From assembly GCF_031409475.1 (NCBI RefSeq), contig NZ_JANNXH010000004.1:7314-71313 (forward strand): a stretch of DNA of 64,000 bases. The letters are read 5' to 3'. Each line of letters starts with the position of its first letter. Within the stretch, counting starts at the first letter, position 1. The notes beneath the pieces were generated by a model. It saw only the letters and a program-made list of their open reading frames with translations. It did not search any database and had not been told where the DNA came from. The stretch comes from Flavobacterium sp. Its GTDB lineage: Bacteria > Bacteroidota > Bacteroidia > Flavobacteriales > Flavobacteriaceae. Of the stretch, positions 19,951-27,530 are shown piece by piece. Made by a program: the position numbers and the translations under genes.

Positions 19951-21201
19951 TTAATAGAATTTTCTTTTTACAAACCATTTATCGTTAAGTGAAAAACTAA
20001 AACTTAAATTAGCATAATTCTCTTGTACTAAATTAGCGGCTGTCGTCCCTTTTTTGCCAAGTTCAAATCCAATATTTACGTTAGAAAAAGAACCTGTTAA
20101 AGGCAAACCAACTCCTAGAGTTAGGCCAATATCATTAATCGATTCTGAATTGATGATTAATCCTGTTTTTTCATATCTTAGACCACCTCTATAAACAATT
20201 CGTTTAGCATAACTTGTAAATGAATTGTAGTTAGGCAAGTAATAACCGCCAAGACTAAATTTTGTGGCTTTTTCGTAGGTTGCGTTTGCAATGGCGTTAT
20301 AGTTATTTGCTAATCCACCTTTGTCTTGCAAAGTGATTTCGGCACCCAAAAGCCATTTCTTATTTTCGCCAAATCCAGCACCAATAGAAAGTTTGCTCGG
20401 CAATTTTAAATTTGTACTGTTTTGTTGATTTTCTAACTCATCGACAACCTGTATGTCAAAAGACGAATTGTAACTCACTGTAGAGATGTTTCTTGTGTTT
20501 TGAGATACTAAAGTACTCTCTGGAGAATAGGTTAAACTGCTATAAAATGTTGTTTTTTTATTTATTTTTGATTGGTACATCAACCCTAAATCAAAATTTA
20601 TTCCAGACAATTCCGCAGTATTCAGTTCTCTTGAACCTATTGGAACAAAGGGTCTAAACTCAAGATTATTAGTTTCTATTTTTCCAAAATTATATTGCGC
20701 ATCTATTCCAACACTAAGGTTTTTTGCCAATTGATACCCAAACCCTAAAAAAGCTTTGTTTAAACCGCCGGTGCCATTAAATCGTTTGCTGTTTTGGGTA
20801 ACATCAGTAGCAACAACTTGTATTTTATACCCAACAGAAGTAAACGGTATTAATCCAAAACCAAAGCCTAATTTCCCTAAGGGTAATCCTATCGCTAAAT
20901 AATCCAAGGTAGTTCTACGTGCGCTTGCATTTTGACTATTGGTTTTAAGTTTAGTGGTTTTGTATGTTCCTCCAATGGTAAAAGTGGTCAATTTTAAGTT
21001 AGAAAACCCTGCAGGATTTTGCAAATTAATATGGATACTATCCGGTTCAATTGCTATACCTGCCATCGAACGGCTTTCAACAGTACCTTTGAATCGCACA
21101 TCGCCAATTCCATAAAAAGAATAAGGTGATGCTGTTCCATCTTGTGCAAAAGACACTAAAGTTAAAAGCAAACAAGTGCTTACTATAATTTTTTTAATCA
21201 T
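19951..21201 (-). CDS. Outer-membrane beta-barrel protein (FadL/PorV-like)
   Basis: Signal peptide, SPYSFYGIG, NPA motif, alternating beta-strand C-terminus; overlaps the coaX stop. Confidence 0.7.
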   Translation of the reverse strand: MIKKIIVSTCLLLTLVSFAQDGTASPYSFYGIGDVRFKGTVESRSMAGIAIEPDSIHINLQNPAGFSNLKLTTFTIGGTYKTTKLKTNSQNASARRTTLDYLAIGLPLGKLGFGFGLIPFTSVGYKIQVVATDVTQNSKRFNGTGGLNKAFLGFGYQLAKNLSVGIDAQYNFGKIETNNLEFRPFVPIGSRELNTAELSGINFDLGLMYQSKINKKTTFYSSLTYSPESTLVSQNTRNISTVSYNSSFDIQVVDELENQQNSTNLKLPSKLSIGAGFGENKKWLLGAEITLQDKGGLANNYNAIANATYEKATKFSLGGYYLPNYNSFTSYAKRIVYRGGLRYEKTGLIINSESINDIGLTLGVGLPLTGSFSNVNIGFELGKKGTTAANLVQENYANLSFSFSLNDKWFVKRKFY

Positions 21202-21928
21202 TTTTGATTTTATATTGAAATGTTTGGTTCATACTTTCTAAAAGAAAATTTGAATTGGCAAATATGGTATTTTTTAATCGTTTAGCCAAAAATTCTGCGT
21301 CTCCACCCGTTAAAATTATTATAAAGTTTGAATAATGTGTCTTATAATGATTGATAAATCCATCTATTTCGTTTGTCAAACCATTTACCACTCCAGAATG
21401 AATGGATTCAACAGTCGATTTTCCAATAAAATTTTTGGGGTTTTCTAAAGTCAATAAGGGTAATTTTGCGGTGTAATTATGCAATGCTTCATACCTCAAT
21501 CGCAATCCAGGCGAAATAGCGCCACCAAGATAATTATTATTTTCATCAATAAAATCATAGGTTACGCAAGTTCCTGCATCAATAACTAGTCGGTTCTGGT
21601 TAGGAAACAATAATGTCGCTCCAGCCGAGTTTACTAATCTATCAATGCCTAAAGTATGCGGTGTTTCGTAGGTGTTTTTAAATGGAAATGGGTCATTATG
21701 AGAAATAAAATGTACATTTATAATAGTACTAAAATTAAAAAAGACCAGTTTATCAACATCTCCAACCGATGCAACAATTAAATAGGATGTTTTTTTATAT
21801 TTTTCTAAAATATTTTGAATGCTTTTGTGGAGATCTGTTTTTAAGAAAACAAACTGCTCGAGTAGGATATCTTCCTCAAAAACAGCACCTTTAATCCTGG
21901 TATTCCCAACATCTACAACTAGAATCAT
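21194..21928 (-). CDS. coaX: Type III pantothenate kinase
   Basis: VVDVGNTRIK, LGIDR, VIDAGTCVTYD, GGAISPG, LTGGD. Confidence 0.93.
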   Translation of the reverse strand: MILVVDVGNTRIKGAVFEEDILLEQFVFLKTDLHKSIQNILEKYKKTSYLIVASVGDVDKLVFFNFSTIINVHFISHNDPFPFKNTYETPHTLGIDRLVNSAGATLLFPNQNRLVIDAGTCVTYDFIDENNNYLGGAISPGLRLRYEALHNYTAKLPLLTLENPKNFIGKSTVESIHSGVVNGLTNEIDGFINHYKTHYSNFIIILTGGDAEFLAKRLKNTIFANSNFLLESMNQTFQYKIKND

Positions 21929-21979
21929 AATTTATATTTGATGAAGCAAATGTACGAATAGATTTTTTTTAATAATTGT

Positions 21980-22010
21980 TTTGTATAAATTAAAAATCCT
22001 GCTATATTTG
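21980..22010 (+). promoter_or_regulatory. tRNA-Phe promoter (-33/-7)
   Basis: TTTG (21980-83), 19-nt spacer, TATATTTG (22003-10). Confidence 0.75.
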
Positions 22011-22026
22011 CACCCGCGTTAAGCAC

Positions 22027-22099
22027 GGTACCTTAGCTCAGATGGTAGAGCAATGGACTGAAAATCCATGTGTCCCTGGTTCGATCCCTGGAGGTACCA
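22027..22099 (+). tRNA. tRNA-Phe (GAA)
   Basis: Acceptor GGTACCT/AGGTACC, D-arm GCTC/GAGC, anticodon stem ATGGA/TCCAT with loop CTGAAAA, GGTTCGA T-loop; CCA not encoded. Confidence 0.97.
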
Positions 22100-22410
22100 C
22101 AAAACCCACTTTTAATGAGTGGGTTTTTTTTTTCAAACATTTTTTATGGCATCCCATTCTCTTTACATTTTATATTCTAGATCTAATATAAAATATTATG
22201 TGGGCGAAACTCATAATATTGAAGAAAGAATATTAAAACACAATCAACATTTGTATTCTAATTCCTTTACAAAAATTGCTAATGATTGGGAATAAGTCTT
22301 ATTACATCATTGTGAGAATAGAACAAAAGCCCTTTTTCTTGAAAAATTTATTAAGAAAATGAAAAGCAAAGTTTTCATTCAAAAGATAATTTCAAATCCT
22401 AAAATATTAA
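22088..22410 (+). repeat. Direct repeat unit 1: tRNA 3' end + terminator + GIY-YIG gene
   Basis: ~97% identical to 23271-23592 (about 9 substitutions, 1 indel), offset 1183 bp. Confidence 0.95.
22101..22127 (+). terminator. Intrinsic terminator after tRNA-Phe (repeated at ~23284-23310)
   Basis: AAAACCCACT-tttaatg-AGTGGGTTTT followed by a T-run. Confidence 0.85.
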
Positions 22411-22439
22411 ATGAAATTATTTTAAAAAATAATATTTAA
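22146..22439 (+). pseudogene. Small GIY-YIG nuclease, inactivated by a TTA>TAA nonsense change at codon 50
   Basis: MASHSLYILYS..KYYVGETHNIEERILKHN..DWE*VLL..NEIILKNNI; stop at 22293-95 where copy 2 has TTA. Confidence 0.85.
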
Positions 22440-22457
22440 TCCATTTGACCCTAGTTC
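22438..22457 (+). repeat. Left part of a duplicated tRNA-Phe 3' half
   Basis: AATCCATTTGACCCTAGTTC vs tRNA 22063-22082 AATCCATGTGTCCCTGGTTC (17/20); the remainder CTGGAGGTACCA resumes at 23271. Confidence 0.75.
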
Positions 22458-22479
22458 TCCCGATTGCGAAGTTTCGGGA
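22458..22479. repeat. CCCGA/TCGGG palindromic repeat at the left junction of the parDE module
   Basis: TCCCGA-ttgcgaagtt-TCGGGA; GTTTCGGGA recurs at 23257-23265. Confidence 0.7.
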
Positions 22480-22567
22480 AACTTTCGAGCGAAAGAAAAT
22501 CGAAAAAACAATAGAAAATTTGTTGCAGAATACCATAAATTGGTATATTTATAAAAAATATAAAATT

Positions 22568-22813
22568 ATGGCACGAAATACATCAATTTTAATTGGAGAA
22601 TATTACGAAAATTTTATAAACAGACAAATTGCTACAGGAAAATATAATTCTGTAAGCGAAGTTGTTAGAACTGCTTTGAGATATTTTGAACAGGAAGAAA
22701 TGAAAACTAAATCTCTAATTGCAGAATTAGAACTTGGAGAAAAAAGTGAAAAAATCCGAAATTTTAACCGAACTGAAAATTTAAAACGGTTAAACGAAAA
22801 TTTCCAAAAGTAA
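22568..22813 (+). CDS. parD: ParD-family (RHH) antitoxin
   Basis: MARNTSILIGEYYENFINRQIATGKYNSVSEVVRTALR; ATG at 22568 (the track's 22445 start is an extension). Confidence 0.88.
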   Translation: MARNTSILIGEYYENFINRQIATGKYNSVSEVVRTALRYFEQEEMKTKSLIAELELGEKSEKIRNFNRTENLKRLNENFQK

Positions 22814-23112
22814 TGGCGGAATATATCATAAGTGAAAAAGCACTTGACGATTTGAATACTATTTGGATTTACACAGCGGAAAATTGGTCGCTTGAACAAG
22901 CAAACCGATATTATAATTTGATAATGGACGAAATAGAATTTGTTGCAGAAAATTTTGAAACAAGCAAAGATTTTGGAAGTATTCGAAAAGATTATCGATT
23001 TTCAAAAGTGAAATCGCATTTAATATTTTGCAAACGAGTTGAAAATACTGAAATGGAAGTAGTGAGAATTTTGCATGAAAAAATGGATATTAAAAATAGA
23101 ATTAACGATTAA
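22813..23112 (+). CDS. parE: ParE/RelE-family toxin
   Basis: YIISEKALDDLNTIWIYT..WSLEQANRY..HLIF..VVRILHEKMD; TAATG overlap with parD. Confidence 0.9.
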   Translation: MAEYIISEKALDDLNTIWIYTAENWSLEQANRYYNLIMDEIEFVAENFETSKDFGSIRKDYRFSKVKSHLIFCKRVENTEMEVVRILHEKMDIKNRIND

Positions 23113-23130
23113 AATAAAAAAAAAGTGATT

Positions 23131-23263
23131 GCACAAGAGCCACTTGGCGCAATTGCGAATTTTGTTTTAAATCCACGTTCACGTTTAGCAAGAATTTTTA
23201 TCTTTAACAGAAAATAAAAAGTTCCGAAGTTCGCAACTGACCAGAAGCGGCGGAACGTTTCGG
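23131..23263 (+). mobile_element. attC-like imperfect inverted-repeat site downstream of parE
   Basis: Degenerate R''-like GCACAAG (23131-37) and R'-like GTT (23257-59); arms GCCACTTGGCGCAATTGCGAA / TTCGCAACTGACCAGAAGCGGC; ~130 bp, starting 19 nt after the parE stop. Confidence 0.5.
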
Positions 23264-23270
23264 GACGAGA

Positions 23271-23592
23271 CTGGAGGTACCACAAAACCCACTTATTATG
23301 AGTGGATTTTTTTTTCAAACATTTTTTATGGCATCCCATTCACTTTACATTTTATATTCTAGATCTAATATAAAATATTATGTGGGCGAAACTCATAATA
23401 TTGAAGAAAGAATATTAAAACACAATCAGCATTTGTATTCTAATTCCTTTACAAAAATTGCTAATGATTGGGAATTAGTCTTATTACATCATAGTGAGGA
23501 TAGAACAAAAGCCCTTTTTCTTGAAAAATTTATTAAGAAAATGAAAAGCAAAATTTTCATTCAAAAGATAATTTCAAATCCTAAAATATTAA
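23271..23592 (+). repeat. Direct repeat unit 2: tRNA 3' end + terminator + GIY-YIG gene
   Basis: Begins CTGGAGGTACCACAAAACCCACT, identical to the tRNA-Phe 3' end and its downstream sequence. Confidence 0.95.
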
Positions 23593-23600
23593 AGGACTAA
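23328..23600 (+). CDS. Small GIY-YIG nuclease (90 aa; C-terminus 7 aa shorter than copy 1)
   Basis: YILYS..YYVGET.N.EER..HN GIY-YIG signature; ATG at 23328. Confidence 0.8.
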   Translation: MASHSLYILYSRSNIKYYVGETHNIEERILKHNQHLYSNSFTKIANDWELVLLHHSEDRTKALFLEKFIKKMKSKIFIQKIISNPKILKD

Positions 23601-23714
23601 CAAAGTTTTTTATTTTTGTTAAAAAAATAATGATATAAATAACTTTTAACATTCTATATTCGCAAAACTTAACTATATCGTTATATATCTCAAAAAAAAT
23701 TAAAATACTATCTT

Positions 23715-25223
23715 ATGAGTAATAAATCAACAAAAGGAATCTGGAAAGTAATTTCTGCGTCCTCGATGGGCACAATGATTGAATGGTATGATTTTTATAT
23801 TTTTGGTAGTTTAGCCGTTGTAATCTCAACAAAATTCTTTCCTTCGGATAATCCTACGGCAGCCTTTTTATCAACATTGGCCACTTTTGCAGCTGGATTT
23901 GTAGTAAGACCTTTTGGAGCACTTTTTTTTGGAAGACTAGGTGATTTAATTGGTAGAAAATATACTTTTATGGTAACCTTAATGTTGATGGGTGGTGCTA
24001 CTTTTTTGATAGGATGTATTCCGAGTTACGAAACTATTGGTTATTTAGCTCCTTTTTTAGTTTTAATATTAAGACTTCTTCAAGGTTTAGCACTTGGTGG
24101 TGAATACGGTGGCGCAGCAACTTATGTAGCTGAACATGCCCCAAAAGGACAGCGCGGTTATTGGACTTCGTGGATACAAACTACGGCAACTGTAGGGTTG
24201 TTTATTTCATTGATGGTTATTCTTGCAACAAAAAACATACTAACTCCAGAACAATTTGATGCTTGGGGTTGGAGAGTTCCTTTTTGGGTATCGATTATTA
24301 TGGTAGTTGTTTCGTATATGATTAGAAAAAACATGGACGAATCCCCAGTTTTTGCCAAAGCTAAAGCCGAAGGAAAAACAAGTACAAATCCGTTGAAAGA
24401 AAGTTTCGGAAATCGTTACAATCTCAAATTTGTCTTACTGGCTTTGTTTGGAGCTACGATGGGACAAGGAGTGGTCTGGTACACAGGACAATTCTACGCA
24501 ATGAGTTTCATGAAAACGGTGCTGAATATTGACAGTTCGCAAGTAGATACTTTACTTGGAATTGCTTTACTGCTCGGAACTCCTTTCTTTATTGTTTTTG
24601 GATGGTTGAGTGATAAAATAGGTCGCAAAAGCATCATGATGACTGGAATGTTGCTGGCAATTTTATTGTATCGCCCGATATACAAAACGATGTATGAAAC
24701 GGTCGATGTCAAAAATAAAATAGTTTTGAAAATGGAAGAAAACATTCCAAAAAAAGCTGATTTTAAAAAAGGAGAGGCTTATTTTAGTACCACAACTGAA
24801 TATAAAGATGGAACCGTCTCGCATAAAACTTTTACAACTCAATTAGGCAGTGGAGAAATAAAATCGGATACGACAATATCAACCCTCACTATTAATACAA
24901 ACGACAAATGGGTATTGATTTTTATGGTCTGGATTCAGGTTATTTTTGTAACAATGGTTTATGGTCCAATTGCGGCTTTTCTTGTTGAGATGTTTCCAAC
25001 AAAAATTCGCTACACATCAATGTCATTGCCTTACCATGTTGGAAATGGAATTTTTGGAGGTCTGCTTCCGGCTGTATCAACCTATTTTGTAACCAATGCA
25101 AAAAACAATGCAGATCCTGAGTTTTATTTAGCCGGATTATGGTATCCAATAGCAATTGCATCGGTTTGTTTTGTGATTGGAATGATTTATTTGAGTTGGA
25201 AAAACGAAACTATTAACGATTAA
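23715..25223 (+). CDS. MFS transporter, metabolite:H+ symporter family
   Basis: IEWYDF, RPFGALFFGRLGDLIGRK, GGEYGGA, EMFPTKIRYT. Confidence 0.88.
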   Translation: MSNKSTKGIWKVISASSMGTMIEWYDFYIFGSLAVVISTKFFPSDNPTAAFLSTLATFAAGFVVRPFGALFFGRLGDLIGRKYTFMVTLMLMGGATFLIGCIPSYETIGYLAPFLVLILRLLQGLALGGEYGGAATYVAEHAPKGQRGYWTSWIQTTATVGLFISLMVILATKNILTPEQFDAWGWRVPFWVSIIMVVVSYMIRKNMDESPVFAKAKAEGKTSTNPLKESFGNRYNLKFVLLALFGATMGQGVVWYTGQFYAMSFMKTVLNIDSSQVDTLLGIALLLGTPFFIVFGWLSDKIGRKSIMMTGMLLAILLYRPIYKTMYETVDVKNKIVLKMEENIPKKADFKKGEAYFSTTTEYKDGTVSHKTFTTQLGSGEIKSDTTISTLTINTNDKWVLIFMVWIQVIFVTMVYGPIAAFLVEMFPTKIRYTSMSLPYHVGNGIFGGLLPAVSTYFVTNAKNNADPEFYLAGLWYPIAIASVCFVIGMIYLSWKNETIND

Positions 25224-25234
25224 ACTATTTTAAT

Positions 25235-25462
25235 ATGGATTTTATTAAACGAATTTTAGGAATTGTATGGTTGTTTTTAGCTTTGGCATCAGCCTATTTT
25301 TGCGTTTTTGTCTTTGGTTTACCCAAATTAAATTCCGGAAAACAAGAAGATTTGGTTTTTGGCATTATAATATTATTTGTACTAACACCTTTGATAGTAG
25401 TAGGACTTGGGACTTTTGGATATTTTGCAATAAAAGGAGAATATAACAAAGACAAATTATAA
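25235..25462 (+). CDS. Small two-TM membrane protein
   Basis: 75 aa, two hydrophobic helices, 11 nt after the MFS stop. Confidence 0.7.
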   Translation: MDFIKRILGIVWLFLALASAYFCVFVFGLPKLNSGKQEDLVFGIIILFVLTPLIVVGLGTFGYFAIKGEYNKDKL

Positions 25463-25556
25463 TTGTTTTTTGAATAGATAATACTTTGAAATAAATGGTT
25501 AATCCCTATTTTTGTATACTAACTACAAAACAGCAACTATCATAAATTAAATCATC

Positions 25557-27464
25557 ATGAGTTACTACAAAATTGACAATCTAGAACAGTATTTTAAGCA
25601 TTACAATAAATCCATTCGAGAACCAAGAAAATTTTGGGGAAAAATTGCTGAGGAAAATTTTACATGGTACCAGCAGTGGGACAAAGTGGTAGACTTTAAC
25701 ATGGCCGAAGCCGAAGTAAAATGGTTTACTGAAGCCAAAGTAAATATTATTAAAAACTGTATCGACCGACATTTAGCACGTCGTGGAACCAAAACGGCAA
25801 TTATTTTTGAACCTAATAATCCTGACGAAGAAGCGCAACATATTACCTATAATGAACTGCACCAAAGGGTTTGCAAAATGGCAAATGTGCTCAGAGAACA
25901 AGGCATAAGCAAAGGCGATAGAGTTTGTATTTATTTGCCCATGATTCCTGAATTAGCCGTATCGGTTTTAGCTTGTGCTAGAATTGGCGCAATACATTCG
26001 GTGGTTTTTGCCGGGTTTTCGGCAACAGCAGTTGCTACAAGAATAAATGATAGCGAATGTAAAATGGTTATTACCTCTGACGGAGGATTTCGTGGTAATA
26101 AAACCATTGATCTAAAAGGAATTATCGATGAATCATTAGTAAATTGTCCATGTGTCGAAAAAGTTTTGGTTACCAAAAGAACCAACACAACAGTTAACAT
26201 GAATCCTGATCGTGACCAGTGGTTGCAACCACTTCTCGACGCAGCATCAGACAATAACGTGGCCGAAATCATGGATGCCGAAGATCCGTTATTCATACTT
26301 TATACGTCGGGTTCAACCGGAAAACCAAAAGGAATGGTGCATACAACCGCGGGTTACATGGTTTATACGGCGTATACTTTCAAAAATGTTTTTAATCACG
26401 AGGAGAATGATATTTTTTGGTGTACTGCCGATATTGGTTGGATAACCGGACATTCGTATATTCTTTATGGTCCATTATTGAATGGTGGAACGACAGTAAT
26501 TTTTGAAGGCATTCCAACTTTTCCAGATTCTAGTCGTTTCTGGGAAGTTATCGAAAAACATAAAGTAACCCAATTTTATACTGCGCCAACAGCGATTCGT
26601 GCTTTGGCAAAAGAAAGTTTAGATTATGTTCAACGATTTCCTTTGAAATCCTTGAAAGTAATTGGCTCGGTTGGTGAACCTATCAACGAAGAAGCATGGC
26701 ACTGGTACAACGATCATGTTGGCGGAAAACGTTGTCCCCTTGTAGATACTTGGTGGCAAACCGAAACCGGAGGAATTATGATTTCTCCAATTGCTTTTGT
26801 AACACCAACAAAACCAACATATGCTTCGTTGCCATTACCTGGAATTCAACCCGTTTTAATGGATGAAAAACGCAACGAAATCGAAGGCAATCAAGTTACT
26901 GGTAGTTTGTGCATTAAATTTCCGTGGCCGGGAATTGCACGAACCATTTGGGGTGATCATCAGCGGTACAAAGACACTTATTTCTCGACTTTCCCTGGAA
27001 AATATTTCACTGGCGATGGTGCTTTGCGTGATGAAGTCGGTTATTATAGAATCACAGGTCGTGTAGATGATGTGGTGATTGTATCGGGTCATAATCTAGG
27101 AACTGCACCTATAGAAGATGCGATAAATGAACATCCTGCAGTTGCCGAAAGTGCTATTGTAGGTTTTCCGCACGATATAAAAGGAAATGCATTGTACGGA
27201 TATGTTATTCTAAAAGAAACTGGCGAAAGTAGAGATAGAGATAATCTTGCCATAGAAATCAATCAGCTTATTTCTGGGCAAATTGGACCCATTGCTAAAC
27301 TGGATAAAATTCAGTTTGTTTCTGGTTTACCAAAAACACGATCTGGTAAAATTATGAGAAGAATATTACGTAAGATAGCCGAAGGTGATTTTTCTAATTT
27401 TGGAGATACATCCACTTTATTAAATCCAGAAATTGTAGACGAAATAAAAGAAGGCAAGTTGTAA
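25557..27464 (+). CDS. acs: Acetate--CoA ligase
   Basis: YTSGSTGKPKG, DTWWQTETG, PKTRSGKIMRR; own promoter TTTG(25485)..TATTTTTG(25507). Confidence 0.95.
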   Translation: MSYYKIDNLEQYFKHYNKSIREPRKFWGKIAEENFTWYQQWDKVVDFNMAEAEVKWFTEAKVNIIKNCIDRHLARRGTKTAIIFEPNNPDEEAQHITYNELHQRVCKMANVLREQGISKGDRVCIYLPMIPELAVSVLACARIGAIHSVVFAGFSATAVATRINDSECKMVITSDGGFRGNKTIDLKGIIDESLVNCPCVEKVLVTKRTNTTVNMNPDRDQWLQPLLDAASDNNVAEIMDAEDPLFILYTSGSTGKPKGMVHTTAGYMVYTAYTFKNVFNHEENDIFWCTADIGWITGHSYILYGPLLNGGTTVIFEGIPTFPDSSRFWEVIEKHKVTQFYTAPTAIRALAKESLDYVQRFPLKSLKVIGSVGEPINEEAWHWYNDHVGGKRCPLVDTWWQTETGGIMISPIAFVTPTKPTYASLPLPGIQPVLMDEKRNEIEGNQVTGSLCIKFPWPGIARTIWGDHQRYKDTYFSTFPGKYFTGDGALRDEVGYYRITGRVDDVVIVSGHNLGTAPIEDAINEHPAVAESAIVGFPHDIKGNALYGYVILKETGESRDRDNLAIEINQLISGQIGPIAKLDKIQFVSGLPKTRSGKIMRRILRKIAEGDFSNFGDTSTLLNPEIVDEIKEGKL

Positions 27465-27484
27465 ATTTTTGATTTTATTCAATA

Positions 27485-27514
27485 AAAAAGGTCTCGATTT
27501 CTCGAGACCTTTTT
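27485..27514. terminator. Bidirectional terminator between acs and the GH13-T9SS gene
   Basis: AAAAAGGTCTCGA-tttc-TCGAGACCTTTTT. Confidence 0.85.
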
Positions 27515-27530
27515 ACATTTTAAAAAAATA

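Noticed and set aside
22056-22099. T-T mismatch in the tRNA-Phe T-stem (CCTGG/CCTGG) as a sign of a pseudo-tRNA
   Set aside because: All other arms are perfect and the promoter is canonical; a single U-U pair is tolerated.
22445-22567. 41-aa N-terminal extension of ParD from a TTG at 22445
   Set aside because: It runs through the tRNA-half, the palindrome and the promoter region; the RHH fold starts at ATG 22568.
23109-23339. 76-aa minus-strand ORF with KIKILAKRERGFK, faintly like an ISL3 transposase tail
   Set aside because: It spans the attC-like site, the repeat and the terminator; the similarity is too short, and no other transposase sequence is present.
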